Positions 44,257 to 59,180 are shown, numbered from the stretch's first letter. The stretch is DNA of 64,000 bases from an uncultured Candidatus Rokubacteria bacterium (GCA_963762145.1 CAVXJS010000010.1:96001-160000), one strand, 5' to 3'. The notes: a model not told the origin generated them from the sequence alone. A program made the numbers and translations.

Positions 44257-44466
44257 GCGCGCGACGCCGTCGGGCGACACCAGGACCAGGTCGGTGAAGG
44301 TGCCCCCCACGTCCACTCCCAGCCGGTAGCTCATGCCGATCTCCCGAAGCCCGCGAGCCCGCGCGGAAAGAAGATGACGAAGACCATGATCACGGGCAGC
44401 ACCAGAGGCAGGCGCGGCGGTGGATTGTGCCGGGACGCACAGTGGCGGGATGATAGCACACGGGCG
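44257..44466 (-). repeat. Second collapsed ghost of the liv-hyd operon
   Basis: hydA 5' plus livM 3' (44257-44394, compare 40061-40198), then livK leader (44413-44466, compare 49564-49616). Confidence 0.9.
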
Positions 44467-44529
44467 GGTGGGGGGCGTTTCCTGGCGGATACACTTTCGG
44501 CTCGCTTGGCCCTTCCGTAGTATGAGTCG

Positions 44530-45050
44530 GTGACATCCCGCCACTCAACGACAGGGCTCTCGTCGCCTACTGAGCGAATCGATCGCTCGATCCGATTGAT
44601 CCGCGGCCAGCGGGTCATGTTAGGTGCTGATCTCGCTCCCCTCTACGGCGTGCCGACACGTGCACTCATCCAGGCCGTCCGACGCAACCCTGAACGGTTT
44701 CCCACCGACTTCATGTTTCGCCTGGCGACGACGGAGGCCGCCGCTTTGAGATCACAAACTGTGATCTCAAACGTTGGTCGTGGTGGACGTCGCTACCTGC
44801 CGTATGCATTCACCGAACAGGGCGTCGCCATGCTCTCGAGCGTGCTTCGAAGCCAGCGAGCGATCCGCGTCAACGTCGAGATCATGCGGGCGTTTGTCAG
44901 GCTACGAAGGATGCTGGTCTCGCACGACGAGCTGGCGCAGAAGGTGGCGACCCTCGAGCGGAGGTATGATGGCCATCCGGAAGCTGATGGCGCCGCCCGC
45001 GGGACAGCACAGGACGATCGGCTTCCGACCTGCGCATCGAAGCAGCGGGA
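44530..45050 (+). CDS. ORF6N domain protein (frameshift near 44970; end approximate)
   Basis: [38 protein letters not shown]; other frame ends with RTIGF. Confidence 0.88.
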
Positions 45051-45075
45051 CCCCGACCTCAAGGAGGTCAGGGGC

Positions 45076-46002
45076 TCATGCCGATCTCCCGAAGCCCGCC
45101 AGCCCGCGCGGAAAGAAGATGACGAAGACCATGATCACGAAGCCCACCGCGACCAGGTTGTACACGACGCCGACGAAGCGCAAGCCCTCGTAGAGGCCGT
45201 AGAGGAGCAGCGCGCCGAGCACCGGGCCCCACAGCGTGCCGAGGCCGCCGAAGACCACCATGCCGATGACCAGCGAGGTCGTCGCCGCCGAGGCGACCAC
45301 CGGGCTCACGAGCTGCACGTAGTAGGCGTAGAGGCCGCCCGCCAGCCCCGCGAAGCCCGAGCTGAGCGCGAACGCCAGCAGCTTGTACCGCGTCGTGTCG
45401 ATGCCGAGGGTCTGCGCGAGCACCTCGTCCTCGCGGATGGCCCGGAAGGCCTGGCCCGCGCTCGTGCGCTCGCAGACCTGGTACATGACGGCGACCGAGC
45501 CGACCACGACCGCGACGACGACCAGGTACATCGCCTGGCGGTGGGCCAGCGCGCCGTCGGGCAGCCCCGGGAAGCTCCGGAAGTCGTGGATGCCGAACGG
45601 GCCGCCGGTGAGCGCCAGCCAGTTCGTGGCGACGAGCCGGATGATCTCGGCGAGCCCGAGGGTCACGAGCGCGAGATAGTGCCCGCGCAGCCGGAGGGCG
45701 GGGAAGCCGGTCAGGAGCCCGACGGCGGCCGCGATCGTCGCGCCCACGAGCAGGCCGAGCCACGGCGAGACGTCGGCGTGCTTGGTGGAGGCGGCGGCCG
45801 CGTAGGCCCCGAGCGCGAAGAAGCCGGCGTGGCCGAACGAGATCTGCCCGGTGTAGCCGCTCAGCAGGTCCCAGCTCGCGGCCAGCAGCGCCCAGATCAC
45901 GGCCTGCGTCGCGATGGTGAGCACGAACGGGTGCGGCAGCAGCACGGGCAGGAGCGCGGCGCCCCCGACGGCGGCGAGCGTGAGCCGCGCGCGGGCGGTC
46001 AT
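45076..46002 (-). CDS. livM: Branched-chain amino acid ABC permease (LivM-like)
   Basis: [34 protein letters not shown]. Confidence 0.93.
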   Translation of the reverse strand: MTARARLTLAAVGGAALLPVLLPHPFVLTIATQAVIWALLAASWDLLSGYTGQISFGHAGFFALGAYAAAASTKHADVSPWLGLLVGATIAAAVGLLTGFPALRLRGHYLALVTLGLAEIIRLVATNWLALTGGPFGIHDFRSFPGLPDGALAHRQAMYLVVVAVVVGSVAVMYQVCERTSAGQAFRAIREDEVLAQTLGIDTTRYKLLAFALSSGFAGLAGGLYAYYVQLVSPVVASAATTSLVIGMVVFGGLGTLWGPVLGALLLYGLYEGLRFVGVVYNLVAVGFVIMVFVIFFPRGLAGFGRSA

Positions 46003-46883
46003 CGCGAGACGGCCCGGCCGAAGAGGCCGCGGGGCCGGACCAGGAGCATCACGATCATCACCGCGAACGCGATGAGGTTCTGCCACTGCGACGGGATCAC
46101 CATCACCGAGAGCGACTCCGCGATGGAGACGAGGAAGCTCGCCACCAGCGCGCCCGCGGGGTTGCCCATGCCGCCGAGGATGGTGATGGCGAAGGCCTTG
46201 ATGGTCAGCGGGAAGCCCACCGCCGGGTAGACGTTGAAGAGCGGGGCCATGAGCGCGCCGCCCACGCCCGCCAGCGCCACGCCCAGGGCCAGCGTGAGGG
46301 CGAAGATGCGCGGCAGGTTGATGCCCATCGCCTGGGCCGCGTCGGGATTGAGCGCCACCGCGCGCACCGCGAGCCCCTCGGGATGAAAGCGCAGGAACGC
46401 GAAGAGCGCGGTGAGCAGGACGGCCGCCGCCCCGAGCACGAGCAGCCGCTGGTGGCTCACCGCGGTGACGCCCAGATCGAGGATGCCGCTCACCTGGGGC
46501 GGCACCCGCAGGTAGTCGCCCCCCGCGATCGCCAGCAGGCTCGACTGGAGGAACGTGGACAGCCCCAGCGTCAGCACGAGGTAGAGCGGCCCCTGCGGCC
46601 GCCCCCCGAGCCGCCGCTTGAGCGGCGCGATCAGGAGCGGGTAGACGCAGAGGCCGAGCAGGAACGTCCCGACGGCCGCCCCGAGCACGCCCAGGGCGCC
46701 CGGGAGATGCAGGAGCACGACCGCCGCGAAGGCCAGGTAGCCGCCGACCGCGAAGAACTCCCCGTGGGCCACGTTGATGACGTCGAGCACGCCGAAGATC
46801 AGGCTGAGCCCGACCGCGAACAGCGCGTAGAGCCCGCCCAGGACCAGGCCCTGGATCAGGAACTCGAGGAGGGATTCGAGCAT
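45999..46883 (-). CDS. livH: Branched-chain amino acid ABC permease (LivH-like)
   Basis: [25 protein letters not shown]. Confidence 0.93.
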   Translation of the reverse strand: MLESLLEFLIQGLVLGGLYALFAVGLSLIFGVLDVINVAHGEFFAVGGYLAFAAVVLLHLPGALGVLGAAVGTFLLGLCVYPLLIAPLKRRLGGRPQGPLYLVLTLGLSTFLQSSLLAIAGGDYLRVPPQVSGILDLGVTAVSHQRLLVLGAAAVLLTALFAFLRFHPEGLAVRAVALNPDAAQAMGINLPRIFALTLALGVALAGVGGALMAPLFNVYPAVGFPLTIKAFAITILGGMGNPAGALVASFLVSIAESLSVMVIPSQWQNLIAFAVMIVMLLVRPRGLFGRAVSR

Positions 46884-47599
46884 CAGCCCGCGCCTTCCTC
46901 TTCCCCCAGGTAGAGCCGGCGGATCCGATCGGAGCCGCGCAGCTCGGCCGGCGTCCCGTCGAAGGCGTTCCGGCCCAGGTCCAGCACGAACACGCGGTGG
47001 GCCACCGCCAGGATCGCCTCGACGTTCTGCTCGACGATCAGCATGGCGAGCCCGTCCCGGTTGAGCGCCACGAGCGTCGCGTAGACCTGGTCGATGAACC
47101 GCGGGGCCAGCGCGGCCGACGGCTCGTCGAGCAGCAGCAGGCGCGGGCGGACGATGAGGGCGCGGGCGATGGCGAGCAGGCGCTGCTCGCCCCCGGACAG
47201 CGCGCCGGCGAGCTGCCGGCGGCGCTCGTGGAAGAGGGGGAAGCGCGCGTAGACGCTGTCGATGGCGCGGCGCTTGTCCGCGCGCGAGACCGTGTAGCCG
47301 CCGAGCACCAGGTTGTCGTGCACGGTCATCTCCGCGAACAGGCCGCCCGCCTGGGCGAGGTAGCCGACCCCGCAGCGCATGATCTCGTCGGGCCGCCGCC
47401 CCGCGATCTCGCGCCCGTCGAGCGCGATGCGGCCCGCCCAGGGCGCGAGATAGCCGAAGGCGGTCTTGAGCAGCGTGGACTTGCCGGCGCCGTTGGGCCC
47501 GATGATGCCGACGATCGCGCCGTCGGGGACCCGCAGCGAGGCCGACTGGAGGATCTCGAGCTTGCCGTAGCCGGAGCGCACGTCCTCAAGCTCGAGCAT
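46883..47599 (-). CDS. livF: ABC ATP-binding protein (LivF-like)
   Basis: GPNGAGKST, LSGGEQ, LLLDEPS. Confidence 0.93.
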   Translation of the reverse strand: MLELEDVRSGYGKLEILQSASLRVPDGAIVGIIGPNGAGKSTLLKTAFGYLAPWAGRIALDGREIAGRRPDEIMRCGVGYLAQAGGLFAEMTVHDNLVLGGYTVSRADKRRAIDSVYARFPLFHERRRQLAGALSGGEQRLLAIARALIVRPRLLLLDEPSAALAPRFIDQVYATLVALNRDGLAMLIVEQNVEAILAVAHRVFVLDLGRNAFDGTPAELRGSDRIRRLYLGEEEGAG

Positions 47600-48338
47600 C
47601 GTCGCTCCCGCGCTCCGCCCGTCCGAGCAGGGCCGCGATCACCCGCGCGTCGGCGCGGACCGCCGCGGGCGGCCCCTCCGCGATCTTCTCGCCGTGGTCC
47701 ATCACCACGATCTTGTCGCAGAGCCCCATCACGAACGGCATGTGGTGCTCGATGATCAGGAGCGTGCGCCCGCGCGCGCGCAGGTCGCCGAGCGTGTCCG
47801 CGATCTGGCGTCGGATCACCGGGTGCACGCCCGCCAGGGGCTCGTCGAGCAGCAGGAAGTCCGGCTCGATCACCAGGTTCATCGTCAGCTCGAGCAGGCG
47901 CTGCTGGCCGATGGAGAGGCTGCCCGCGGGCGCGTCGACCAGGTGGGTGAGGCCCATGCGGGCGAGCCACTCCTGGGCGCGCGGCTCCCAGCCGCGGAGC
48001 CGGCGGCCCATGGCCGCGATGGCCAGGTTCTCGCGGACGGGCAGGGCGCGGAAGATCTTCACCGACTGGAACGTGCGGCCGACGCCGCGGCGCGCGATCT
48101 CGTGGGTGGCGAGCCCGTCGATGCGCTCGCCGTCGTAGAGGATCGCCCCCTCGTCGGGCCGCAGGAGGCCGGTCACCAGGTTGAAGATCGTGCTCTTGCC
48201 GGAGCCGTTGGGGCCGATGAGGCCCACCACGGTGCCGGGCGCGATGTCGAACGAGCAGGCGGACACGGCGCGGAGGCCGCCGAACCGCTTGCTGAGGCCG
48301 GCGAGGGCGAGCTTCGGGGGCGCTACTTCTTGTCCCAC
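47586..48338 (-). CDS. livG: ABC ATP-binding protein (LivG-like)
   Basis: KRFGGLRAV, GPNGSGKST, RTFQ, LLLDEP. Confidence 0.92.
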   Translation of the reverse strand: MGQEVAPPKLALAGLSKRFGGLRAVSACSFDIAPGTVVGLIGPNGSGKSTIFNLVTGLLRPDEGAILYDGERIDGLATHEIARRGVGRTFQSVKIFRALPVRENLAIAAMGRRLRGWEPRAQEWLARMGLTHLVDAPAGSLSIGQQRLLELTMNLVIEPDFLLLDEPLAGVHPVIRRQIADTLGDLRARGRTLLIIEHHMPFVMGLCDKIVVMDHGEKIAEGPPAAVRADARVIAALLGRAERGSDDARA

Positions 48339-49552
48339 GCGAACGGGGGCACCGGCACGTACTTGCCGCCGGCGGCCGCCGCGACCGACTCGGGATAGAT
48401 CGGCACCTTCTTGCCGCCCTGGATCTGCACGACCACGGTCTGGATGGGCATGCGGTGCCCCTCGGCGAGCGGCGTGAACTTGCGGGTGCCCCACGCGGTC
48501 ACGAAGGTGGTGGACTCGAGGGCGGCCTGGATCTTCTGCGGATCGAGGCTGCCCGCCTTCTGGATGGCGTCGAGCAGGACCAGGGTGGCGTCGTGCGCCT
48601 GCACCGCGAAGTTGGTGGGATCGGTGCCGGTCTTCTTCTTGTAGGCCGCCATCATCGGCTCGGACACCTCGGAGTACTTCGCGGGCCACCAGCGGTTGTT
48701 GATGATGGCGAGATCCGTCTGCTTGACGTGCTGGTCGATGAACGTCTGCGCGCTCACGGTGGCGCCCATGTGGGCGATGAGCGACGGCACCTTCAGCTCG
48801 AACCACTGGTTGAAGAGCACCGGCCCGCTCGAGCCGTAGACCTCGCCGATGGTGGCCTGCGCGCCGGTCCGCTTGATCTTCGCCCACTGCGGGGTCAGGT
48901 CGGTCACGCCGCGATCGACGAACTCGTCGGCGGCGACCTCGACGTCCTTGGCGTTGGCGGCGAACCACTCGCGGACGATGCGGGAGAAGTCGCGCCCCGC
49001 ATCCGTGTTCTCGTTGAGCAGCGCGATCTTCTTCGGCTTCACGTGCTGCGCGACCGCGGCCGCCACCGAGCGCGCGATGTCGTTGGCGGTGGGGCTGAGC
49101 TGGAAGACGTGCTGCATCTTGTTCTGGGCGATCTTGTCCCCGATCTTGAGCGACGCCGAGCAGCAGGTGACCACCGGGGTCGCGGCCTTCTGGAACTCGT
49201 CCATCACCCGGATGAACACGTCGCTGGAGAGAAAGCCCATCCCCACGTGGATCTTGTCGACGGTGAGGGCGCGCGTGACCACGTTGAGCCCGACGTCGCC
49301 CTTGCCCTCGTCGTCGTACCAGATGACGCGGACCTTCATCGGCTTGCCGCCCACCTGGAGCGTCGCCATGCGCTCGAGCGCGACCTCGGTGCCCGCCTTC
49401 ATCTGCGCGCCCACGTCGGCGCTGATCCCGGAGATGGGCAGGAACGCGCCGAGCTTGACTTCATCCTGGGCGCCCGCGCTCAGGGGGGCCGCGAGGAGCG
49501 CCGCCAGGCCGAGCAGGAGCGCCACGAGTCCGATCGCCGTGGGTTTGCGCAT
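48323..49552 (-). CDS. livK: ABC substrate-binding protein (LivK-like)
   Basis: Signal peptide, VKLG..LPISG, type I periplasmic binding pattern. Confidence 0.9.
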   Translation of the reverse strand: MRKPTAIGLVALLLGLAALLAAPLSAGAQDEVKLGAFLPISGISADVGAQMKAGTEVALERMATLQVGGKPMKVRVIWYDDEGKGDVGLNVVTRALTVDKIHVGMGFLSSDVFIRVMDEFQKAATPVVTCCSASLKIGDKIAQNKMQHVFQLSPTANDIARSVAAAVAQHVKPKKIALLNENTDAGRDFSRIVREWFAANAKDVEVAADEFVDRGVTDLTPQWAKIKRTGAQATIGEVYGSSGPVLFNQWFELKVPSLIAHMGATVSAQTFIDQHVKQTDLAIINNRWWPAKYSEVSEPMMAAYKKKTGTDPTNFAVQAHDATLVLLDAIQKAGSLDPQKIQAALESTTFVTAWGTRKFTPLAEGHRMPIQTVVVQIQGGKKVPIYPESVAAAAGGKYVPVPPFAWDKK

Positions 49553-49883
49553 GGTCACGCCTCCGCGTGGTGGATCGTGCCGGGACGCACAGTGGCGGGA
49601 TGATAGCACACGGGCGCCGGGGGCTGGGCGAGGCTAACGCGTCACCTCCCGAGCCTGGACGGCTCACGAAGCCTTGAGGCTGACTCCACCCCGGCCCTCG
49701 CATGAAGCCGAGAGCCTCACCCGCGCCGACTACGACGAAGCGGCGCGGTCCTGACCGGCGCGGATAACTAGGACGGATGCACCACGACACTGTAGGCTAT
49801 GCCCGATGGTCTGGCTAGGATGCGTGACGTAACCAACACCAGCCTGGGGTGTGATGCTGGGGGGTGAGGTTTTTCAGGTGCGC

Positions 49884-50539
49884 ATGCTAGTGGACGCCGT
49901 GTACCGTGACTTGCAGGTGGCGGGATTTCACTATCGACGTGGTGTCGAGTCAATTGAGTGTTTGCCGCCATAGCTCGGTCCCTCGGTATACCGGCGGGAG
50001 ATGTTCGGAGCGCAGAACTGCTACGGGAAATAAGGCCACAACCAGCGGAGAGAGCAAAGCCAAACACGCTCTCAAGCCGTTATGGGTTGGGCGCGTTTCC
50101 TTTTCACACCGACACAGCGTACTGGTCTACTCCAGCGCGCTTCATCCTCTTCTACTGTGTAAGTCCGGGCGTTGGTGATCGTCCGACCGTGCTCATCGAT
50201 CCGCGCGAATGGTCACTATCCGCGGCCACGAGGCGCTCACTCTGCAATGAGGTCTGGAGAGTAGGCACAAGGCGGCCATTTCACTGCACGGTCGGAAGAG
50301 AACAGAAGGACGGCCTGGCCGTCCGATTTGACGAGGCGTGCATGGTGCCCGTAACTTCGGGCGCACGAAGAGACTTAGAATTCATGCAGGACTCGATCTC
50401 GAAGAGTCGGGAGTTCAGCGTGCAATGGCGAGAAGGCGACCTTCTCGTGCTAGACAACCAGCGTGTGCTGCATGCGAGAGGACGTGCATCGCAGCCTGAT
50501 GAAGATCGAGTGCTAGCCCGAATCCTTATTAGGGAGTAA
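49884..50539 (+). CDS. TauD/TfdA-like Fe(II)/2-oxoglutarate dioxygenase (probable frameshift near 49957)
   Basis: FPFHTD (HxD), W..GDLLVLDN.RVLHARG, R.L.R. Confidence 0.85.
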
Positions 50540-50545
50540 GTGGCC

Positions 50546-51448
50546 ATGGGGATGTGGGACTGGGAATCGCTATGGCTCAAGTCCAAGAAGTTCATCGACA
50601 AGGCAAATGAAGAGAATCGTGAATCCCCAGAGTTTGGCGTTCAGTCGGCGCTCGCACTGGAGCTTCTCGGGCGCGCCGCGTTGAGTCACATCCACCCAGC
50701 GCTCAACGCCGATCCAAAGAAGGAGGGGAATCTCTTCCATGCACTCGGGCTTCCGGCTGACCAGCCTCGTTCCATCCCGGCACACTCGGTCTCGGCAAGA
50801 TTGGAGAAGTTTATCTCTGGATTTGAAGCGAATCCTCACGGTGCCCTCTTCGACTTCATGAGCCTGCAGCGCAACATCGACCTACACACAGGCGACATAC
50901 CATTTGCGAACACTAACGCAGATAAATGGCTGCCTGACTTCTACGCAACCGCTAAGATTCTCTGTGCGAAGTTGGGTAAGACACTAAAGGAGTTCCTCGG
51001 CGATGAAGTGGGAGAGGCCGCCGAGAAGATGGTGGCGGCATTTGCGACTGCTCAAGAGAAAGCGGTTAAGGACCGGATCAGTCAACACAAGAAAGAGTTT
51101 GAAGCCAAGCCGGGTGAGAAGCGTGCCGAATTGTTGAAGGAAGCCGAGGTTCGGACAAAGGGGCTACGAACCGGATTGGTAAGGCAGACTTGTCCCGCAT
51201 GCGGTTCGCCTGGGGCCCTCAAGGGCGAGTTTATTAGGGAACACGCGCCCATCTATGAAGAGGGTGAACTGCTTGTTGACAAGGACTATCTGGCGACGGA
51301 GTTCCGGTGCCCGGCTTGCGAGCTGCTGCTCAAATCGATAGGCGAGGTTGGTTTGGCAGGAATTGACTTGCAGTTCACGGAGAGAGAGGCCACAAGCCTC
51401 CACGAAAGATTCCAGCCTGAGTGGGAGGACGAGTACGAGAATATGTGA
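50546..51448 (+). CDS. Putative HEPN-like protein with C-terminal zinc finger
   Basis: ALELLGRAAL helix, RNIDLH (Rx4H), CPACG...CPAC; lower GC than the backbone. Confidence 0.65.
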   Translation: MGMWDWESLWLKSKKFIDKANEENRESPEFGVQSALALELLGRAALSHIHPALNADPKKEGNLFHALGLPADQPRSIPAHSVSARLEKFISGFEANPHGALFDFMSLQRNIDLHTGDIPFANTNADKWLPDFYATAKILCAKLGKTLKEFLGDEVGEAAEKMVAAFATAQEKAVKDRISQHKKEFEAKPGEKRAELLKEAEVRTKGLRTGLVRQTCPACGSPGALKGEFIREHAPIYEEGELLVDKDYLATEFRCPACELLLKSIGEVGLAGIDLQFTEREATSLHERFQPEWEDEYENM

Positions 51449-51667
51449 GGGCTCGTGGATGGACTGTCGGGTTCGAGAGCAAGGTAGGATCCACCCGAGG
51501 GCGTCCAAGCGCCGCGGAAGCCTCTCCGCAGGCGTGCCGCTCAATAACTCCATGATCATGCGGGGATGTCGGCCAAGGACCTGCCGTCCCGTTTCTGTTC
51601 CCAGCGAGGCGCGCAGCGGTGCTGGCGCCGGCGGATCAAGAAGCGAACTTCAGAAGCGCCAGCTCGA

Positions 51668-53657
51668 ATGAAGCTGACCCTCCAGCAGCTCGAAGCCCAC
51701 CTCTGGGGCGCGGCGAACATCCTGCGCGGCAAGACCGCCGGGCAGGACTACAAGAACTACATCCTGTCGCTGATGTTCTACAAGCGCCTCTGCGACCAGT
51801 GGGAGTACGAGGCCGACGACGCCATCGCCGAGCTGGAGCGGCAGCAGGGCCGCGCCTTCACCGAGAAGCAGAAGGCGGTCTTCCGCAAGCGCGGCGAGCA
51901 CCGCTTCAAGATCCCGGACGGCTCGCGCTGGGGCGACGTCAAGGCCGCGTCCACGAACATCGGCGAGGTGCTGACCAAGGCGATGCGCGCCGTGGCCGAC
52001 GCCAACGACGAGCTGCGCGGCGTCTTCACGGTGGACTGGAACCAGCCCGCGCCCGACGGCAGCGGGCAAGCCGCTGATCCCGAACGAGGTCGTCCACGCG
52101 CTCGTCCAGCACTTCGACGAGCACGACCTGTCGAACAAGAGCGTCCCGCCCGACGTCCTCGGCCGCGCCTACGAGTACCTCATCAAGCAGTTCGCCGACG
52201 ACGCCGGCGCGAAGGCCGGCGAGTTCTTCACGCCGCCCGAGGTCGTGGACACGCTCGTGCGCATCCTCGAGCCGCGCCCGGGCGACACGGTCTACGACCC
52301 GACCTCCGGCTCGCGGCGGCATGCTCGTGCACTCGGCCGACTACCTCCGCGAGCACGGCCACCACGCGACCAGCGCCCGCTACTTCGCGCAGGAGATGAA
52401 CTGGGGCAACGCCGCCATCGGCAAGATCAACTCCGTGCTGCACGGCCTCGAGGCCGACATCAAGGCCGGCGCGAGCACGATCACCGACCCGCAGTTCCTC
52501 GACGGACGGGCGGCGTCAGGAAGTTCTCGCTGGTGCTCGCCAATTTCCCGTTCTCCGACGAGTTCTGGTGGCTGAAGCCGGAGCAGCAGACGGACGACAA
52601 GAAGAAGAAGGACAAGCTCAAGAAGGAGATCTTCGGCAAGGAAGGCTTCAAGGATCCGTTCGGCCGCTTCGGCCGCGGCACCGGCTTCCAGGCGCCGCCC
52701 GCCGGCTACGGCGACTACGCTTTCATCCTGCACATCCTCGCCTCGCTCACCGACGACGGGCCGCGCCGGCGTCGTCTGCCCGCAGGGCGTGCTGTTCCGC
52801 GGCCAGCCCGAGGTCGAGGAGGAGACCGGCGAGTTCGACGACGACGGCAACCCGAAGATGAAGCGCCGCAAGGCCGACGACGAGCACCTGATCCGCAAGG
52901 CGCTGCTCGAATCGCGGCTGATCGACGCGGTGATCTCGCTGCCGCTCAACGTCTTCTACGGCGCCGGCGTGCCCGCCTGCCTGCTGATCCTGCGCAAGCA
53001 GCGCCCGGCCGAGCGCCGCGACCAGGTGCTGCTGATCTACGCCGCGCGCCACTACCGCGAGCTCTCCGCGCAGAACGAACTGCGCCCGCAGGACGTGATG
53101 CGGATGCTCGTCCACTACCACGCCTACGGCGACGCGCGAAGGTGCCGGGCCTCGTGGCGGAGCACGCGGGCGCATCGGGCAAGCAGATCGACGCGCGCAG
53201 AGAGAGGAGGAGGCCGGGCGCGGCTCGAAGCGGAGTACCAGCCTCAGGCGGACAAGGCTCGCGGATGCTCTGGACGCCGAGCTGGCCGAGCGCGCCACGG
53301 CGAGGAGCGGGCTGCCGGGACGAAGCAGGACGAGAAGCGAAGCTCGCAGGCCGCCGTCGCCAAGGCTGGAGAAGCAGCGCGAGAAGCTCGGCGGCGAAGA
53401 TCGCCGAACGCGACGAGCGCATCGCCGAGGCCCGGCGCCGCGCCGAGGACGACCGCAAGGACGTGGGCGCGGTGGGCGACGGAGCTGGATCCGCCCTCTA
53501 CGCCGACCCGGACGAGCTGCTCAAGCACGCCCGCGTCGTCGGCCTCGACGAGATCGAGGAGAACGAGTTCAACCTCAACATCCCGCGCTACGTGGACACT
53601 TACGAGCCCGAGCCGCGGGTGGAAGGGTCGAAGGACGCGCTGAAGGCGCTGCGCTGA
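51668..53657 (+). CDS. hsdM: Type I R-M methyltransferase (many frameshifts)
   Basis: LWGAANILRG, GEFFTP, YDPTSGS, ANFPF, GVLFRG, NLNIPRYVD. Confidence 0.92.
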
Positions 53658-53699
53658 GACGGAGGAGGAGGCCAGCGGCGGCGGAGGGCGGACTCGGTG

Positions 53700-55188
53700 G
53701 TCGCCTACTCCGGAGCGTCGGCTATGGAGACTGGACTGCTACCCAGCATGCAATCGTCGAGTCGGGGCCCAAGGGTCCGGTGAGCTGAAGCTGACGCCAT
53801 ACGGCGGTCTCGCCGTATCCGAAGGTGCAAGAAGGGCCGCGAGTACCCGTATCGCTGGAGATGGTCATCGCCATCGGCGAGAACGTCGCAGGCGATCCGG
53901 CAATTCGACATCGCCTCGCGTCACTTGACAGGCTCGGCGATCCTCGACGACGGTTACGGTGCCCAAGGTGACGGCCCTCTTCGCGCAAGATCAGTCCTGG
54001 TCCGCAGAACGGGAACGGTCGCGTCGGCGTCCGTGCGCATCCGCTCGGCGAAGATCGGACACCGGTGCCGACCGAGTTCATCGTGCTGTGGGCGGAGCCT
54101 GGCCGCGATTCGCGCGAAGATTGTGCACCACTTGGAACTGTGCTACGCACGCACGTTCGCGGTCGGCGGCTGCGCGGATCGGAAGGGTCCACCGGGCGCC
54201 GACGCGTACCACTTTCGACGCGGTAGACAGGCTCGTCACTTGGCGCAGCTTATGCCGTTTGCCGTTCCAGACGATGCCCCCGACCGAGCGAAGCCGCCAT
54301 CGCCCGCATCCTCGACGCCGTGGACACGGCGCTGGAGCGCACCCGCGCGGCGGTCGAGCGGCGCGCGGGAGCTGCGACGCAAGCATCCCTGCTGCACGAG
54401 CTTCTCGAGAAGAGGCCATCGAGCGCCGGCGGAAACGTACGGCGCGATGACACGCGTCCACCGCGTCACTGGTCAATTCGACGAGTCGATGACGTGGCAG
54501 ACGTCGGGTCCACCTGGGGACTCAGCACGCGTCGGCAAGAGACGTTCGACCGGCTCAAGTGGGTGGAACTTCCACGCGGATCTACGTGGCCGACGTCCAG
54601 GACGCGCTCTGCCTGCGAATCTCCGACGACCATCGAGACAACGCTAGACGCATGCAGACGATGCTACAAGAACTCCGGTTGGCAGGTGAGCGACGTGTTG
54701 CCGACGCGAAGGTCGGCGACCTGGACGATTTGCTCGGCGTCGGAGGTCACGATCTTCGACCGTCCCGGAGATTGGCCGATGCACTCTCGTGACCGAGCAA
54801 GCCGCCGAGATGACGTCCGCCCGAAGCGTCGGCCTGCTGGCTCCAGCGTACTTTGCGCTCGTCGTCGAGTCCGACTTGCAAGAGCTGCCTCTGGCTCAAC
54901 TCGGCGTATGCACCAAGCGCTTCTGGAACGCAACGCTGCGCGACAGCTCCGGTCGCAACACGAGCCATCAGAGGACGCTCACGCGCTTGACCGGTTCCCG
55001 GTTCCGCCCACGCGCAAGAGCAGGAACAGCAGTTACGCACACCGTGATGCGGGACAGACGTCAAAGGCCACCATCGCCGATGCTCGATGAACAAGGCAAG
55101 CGGAGCTCGAGGCGATCTTCAAGAAGTCCCTCATGCACGACCTCCTCACCGGCCGGGTCCGCGTGCGCGACGCGAAGGCGGCCGCGTC

Positions 55189-55192
<4 letters not shown>
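53700..55192 (+). CDS. hsdS: Type I R-M specificity subunit (heavily frameshifted; start approximate)
   Basis: Lies between hsdM and hsdR; fragments IARILDAVDTALER...LHELL and KKSLMHDLLTGRVRV. Confidence 0.75.
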
Positions 55193-58367
<3,175 letters not shown>

Positions 58368-58371
<4 letters not shown>

Positions 58372-59126
58372 AGGCCAGCGACCCAACACCAGATCCGGCT
58401 CGGCGGCCGCCGCGTCGACTACCGGGTGGTGCGATCGACGGCCGCGCGCAAGCTGCGCGTCCGAGTCGGTCCGAACGGCGTCGAGGTGGTGCAGCCCGAC
58501 GCACGCGCAACGGCGAGGATGTGTCGGCGTTTCTGGATCGCAACGAGGCGTGGATTCTCGATCAGCTCCAGCGCGTCGAGCGACTGCGCGGCGTGCGACG
58601 GCCCGACGCAGCGTCGGGCCGGCGAGATTCTCTTCCGTGGCGAGCCGACGCGGGTCCGCGATCGAGACGACGAGCGACGCGCAGCGCGTGGCAACATCGG
58701 TCGACTTCATCGAACGGCGAGATCGTGGTTCGGCGCGGACACGGATCGCGAACGCCGGTGGCACGCAGCCTGGAGAACTGGCTGCGGAAGCAGGCGCGCG
58801 CGGAGATCGAGCGACAGCTTGCCGTCGATCACCGCGCGCCTCGGCAGAAGCCCCAGCCGGCGTCTACGTGATGGGGCAGCGCACCAAGTGGGGCAACTGC
58901 TCGGCGCGACGGAACCTATCGTTCAACTGGCGGCTTGATCCTCGCGCCGGAGTTCGTGCTCCGCTACCTCGTCACCCACGAGGCCGTCCATCTTGCGATT
59001 CCGGATCATTCGGCGAAGTTCTGGCTGACGGTGCAGAGCCTGTGCCGCGAGACGGAGAGAGCGAAGCAGTGGCTGTGCAGTCATCAAGCGCAGTTGACGG
59101 TCGACCTTTCGCGCGTCTTACGGTGA
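58368..59126 (+). CDS. M48/SprT-like (YgjP) metallopeptidase (frameshifted)
   Basis: KWGNCS, LSFNWRL, YLVTHEAVHL..PDHS..FW. Confidence 0.88.
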
Positions 59127-59180
59127 GCGCGTAGCTCAGTGTCAATATCTCCGCTTCCTTCGGGGACGTCGCGGGCGGGT

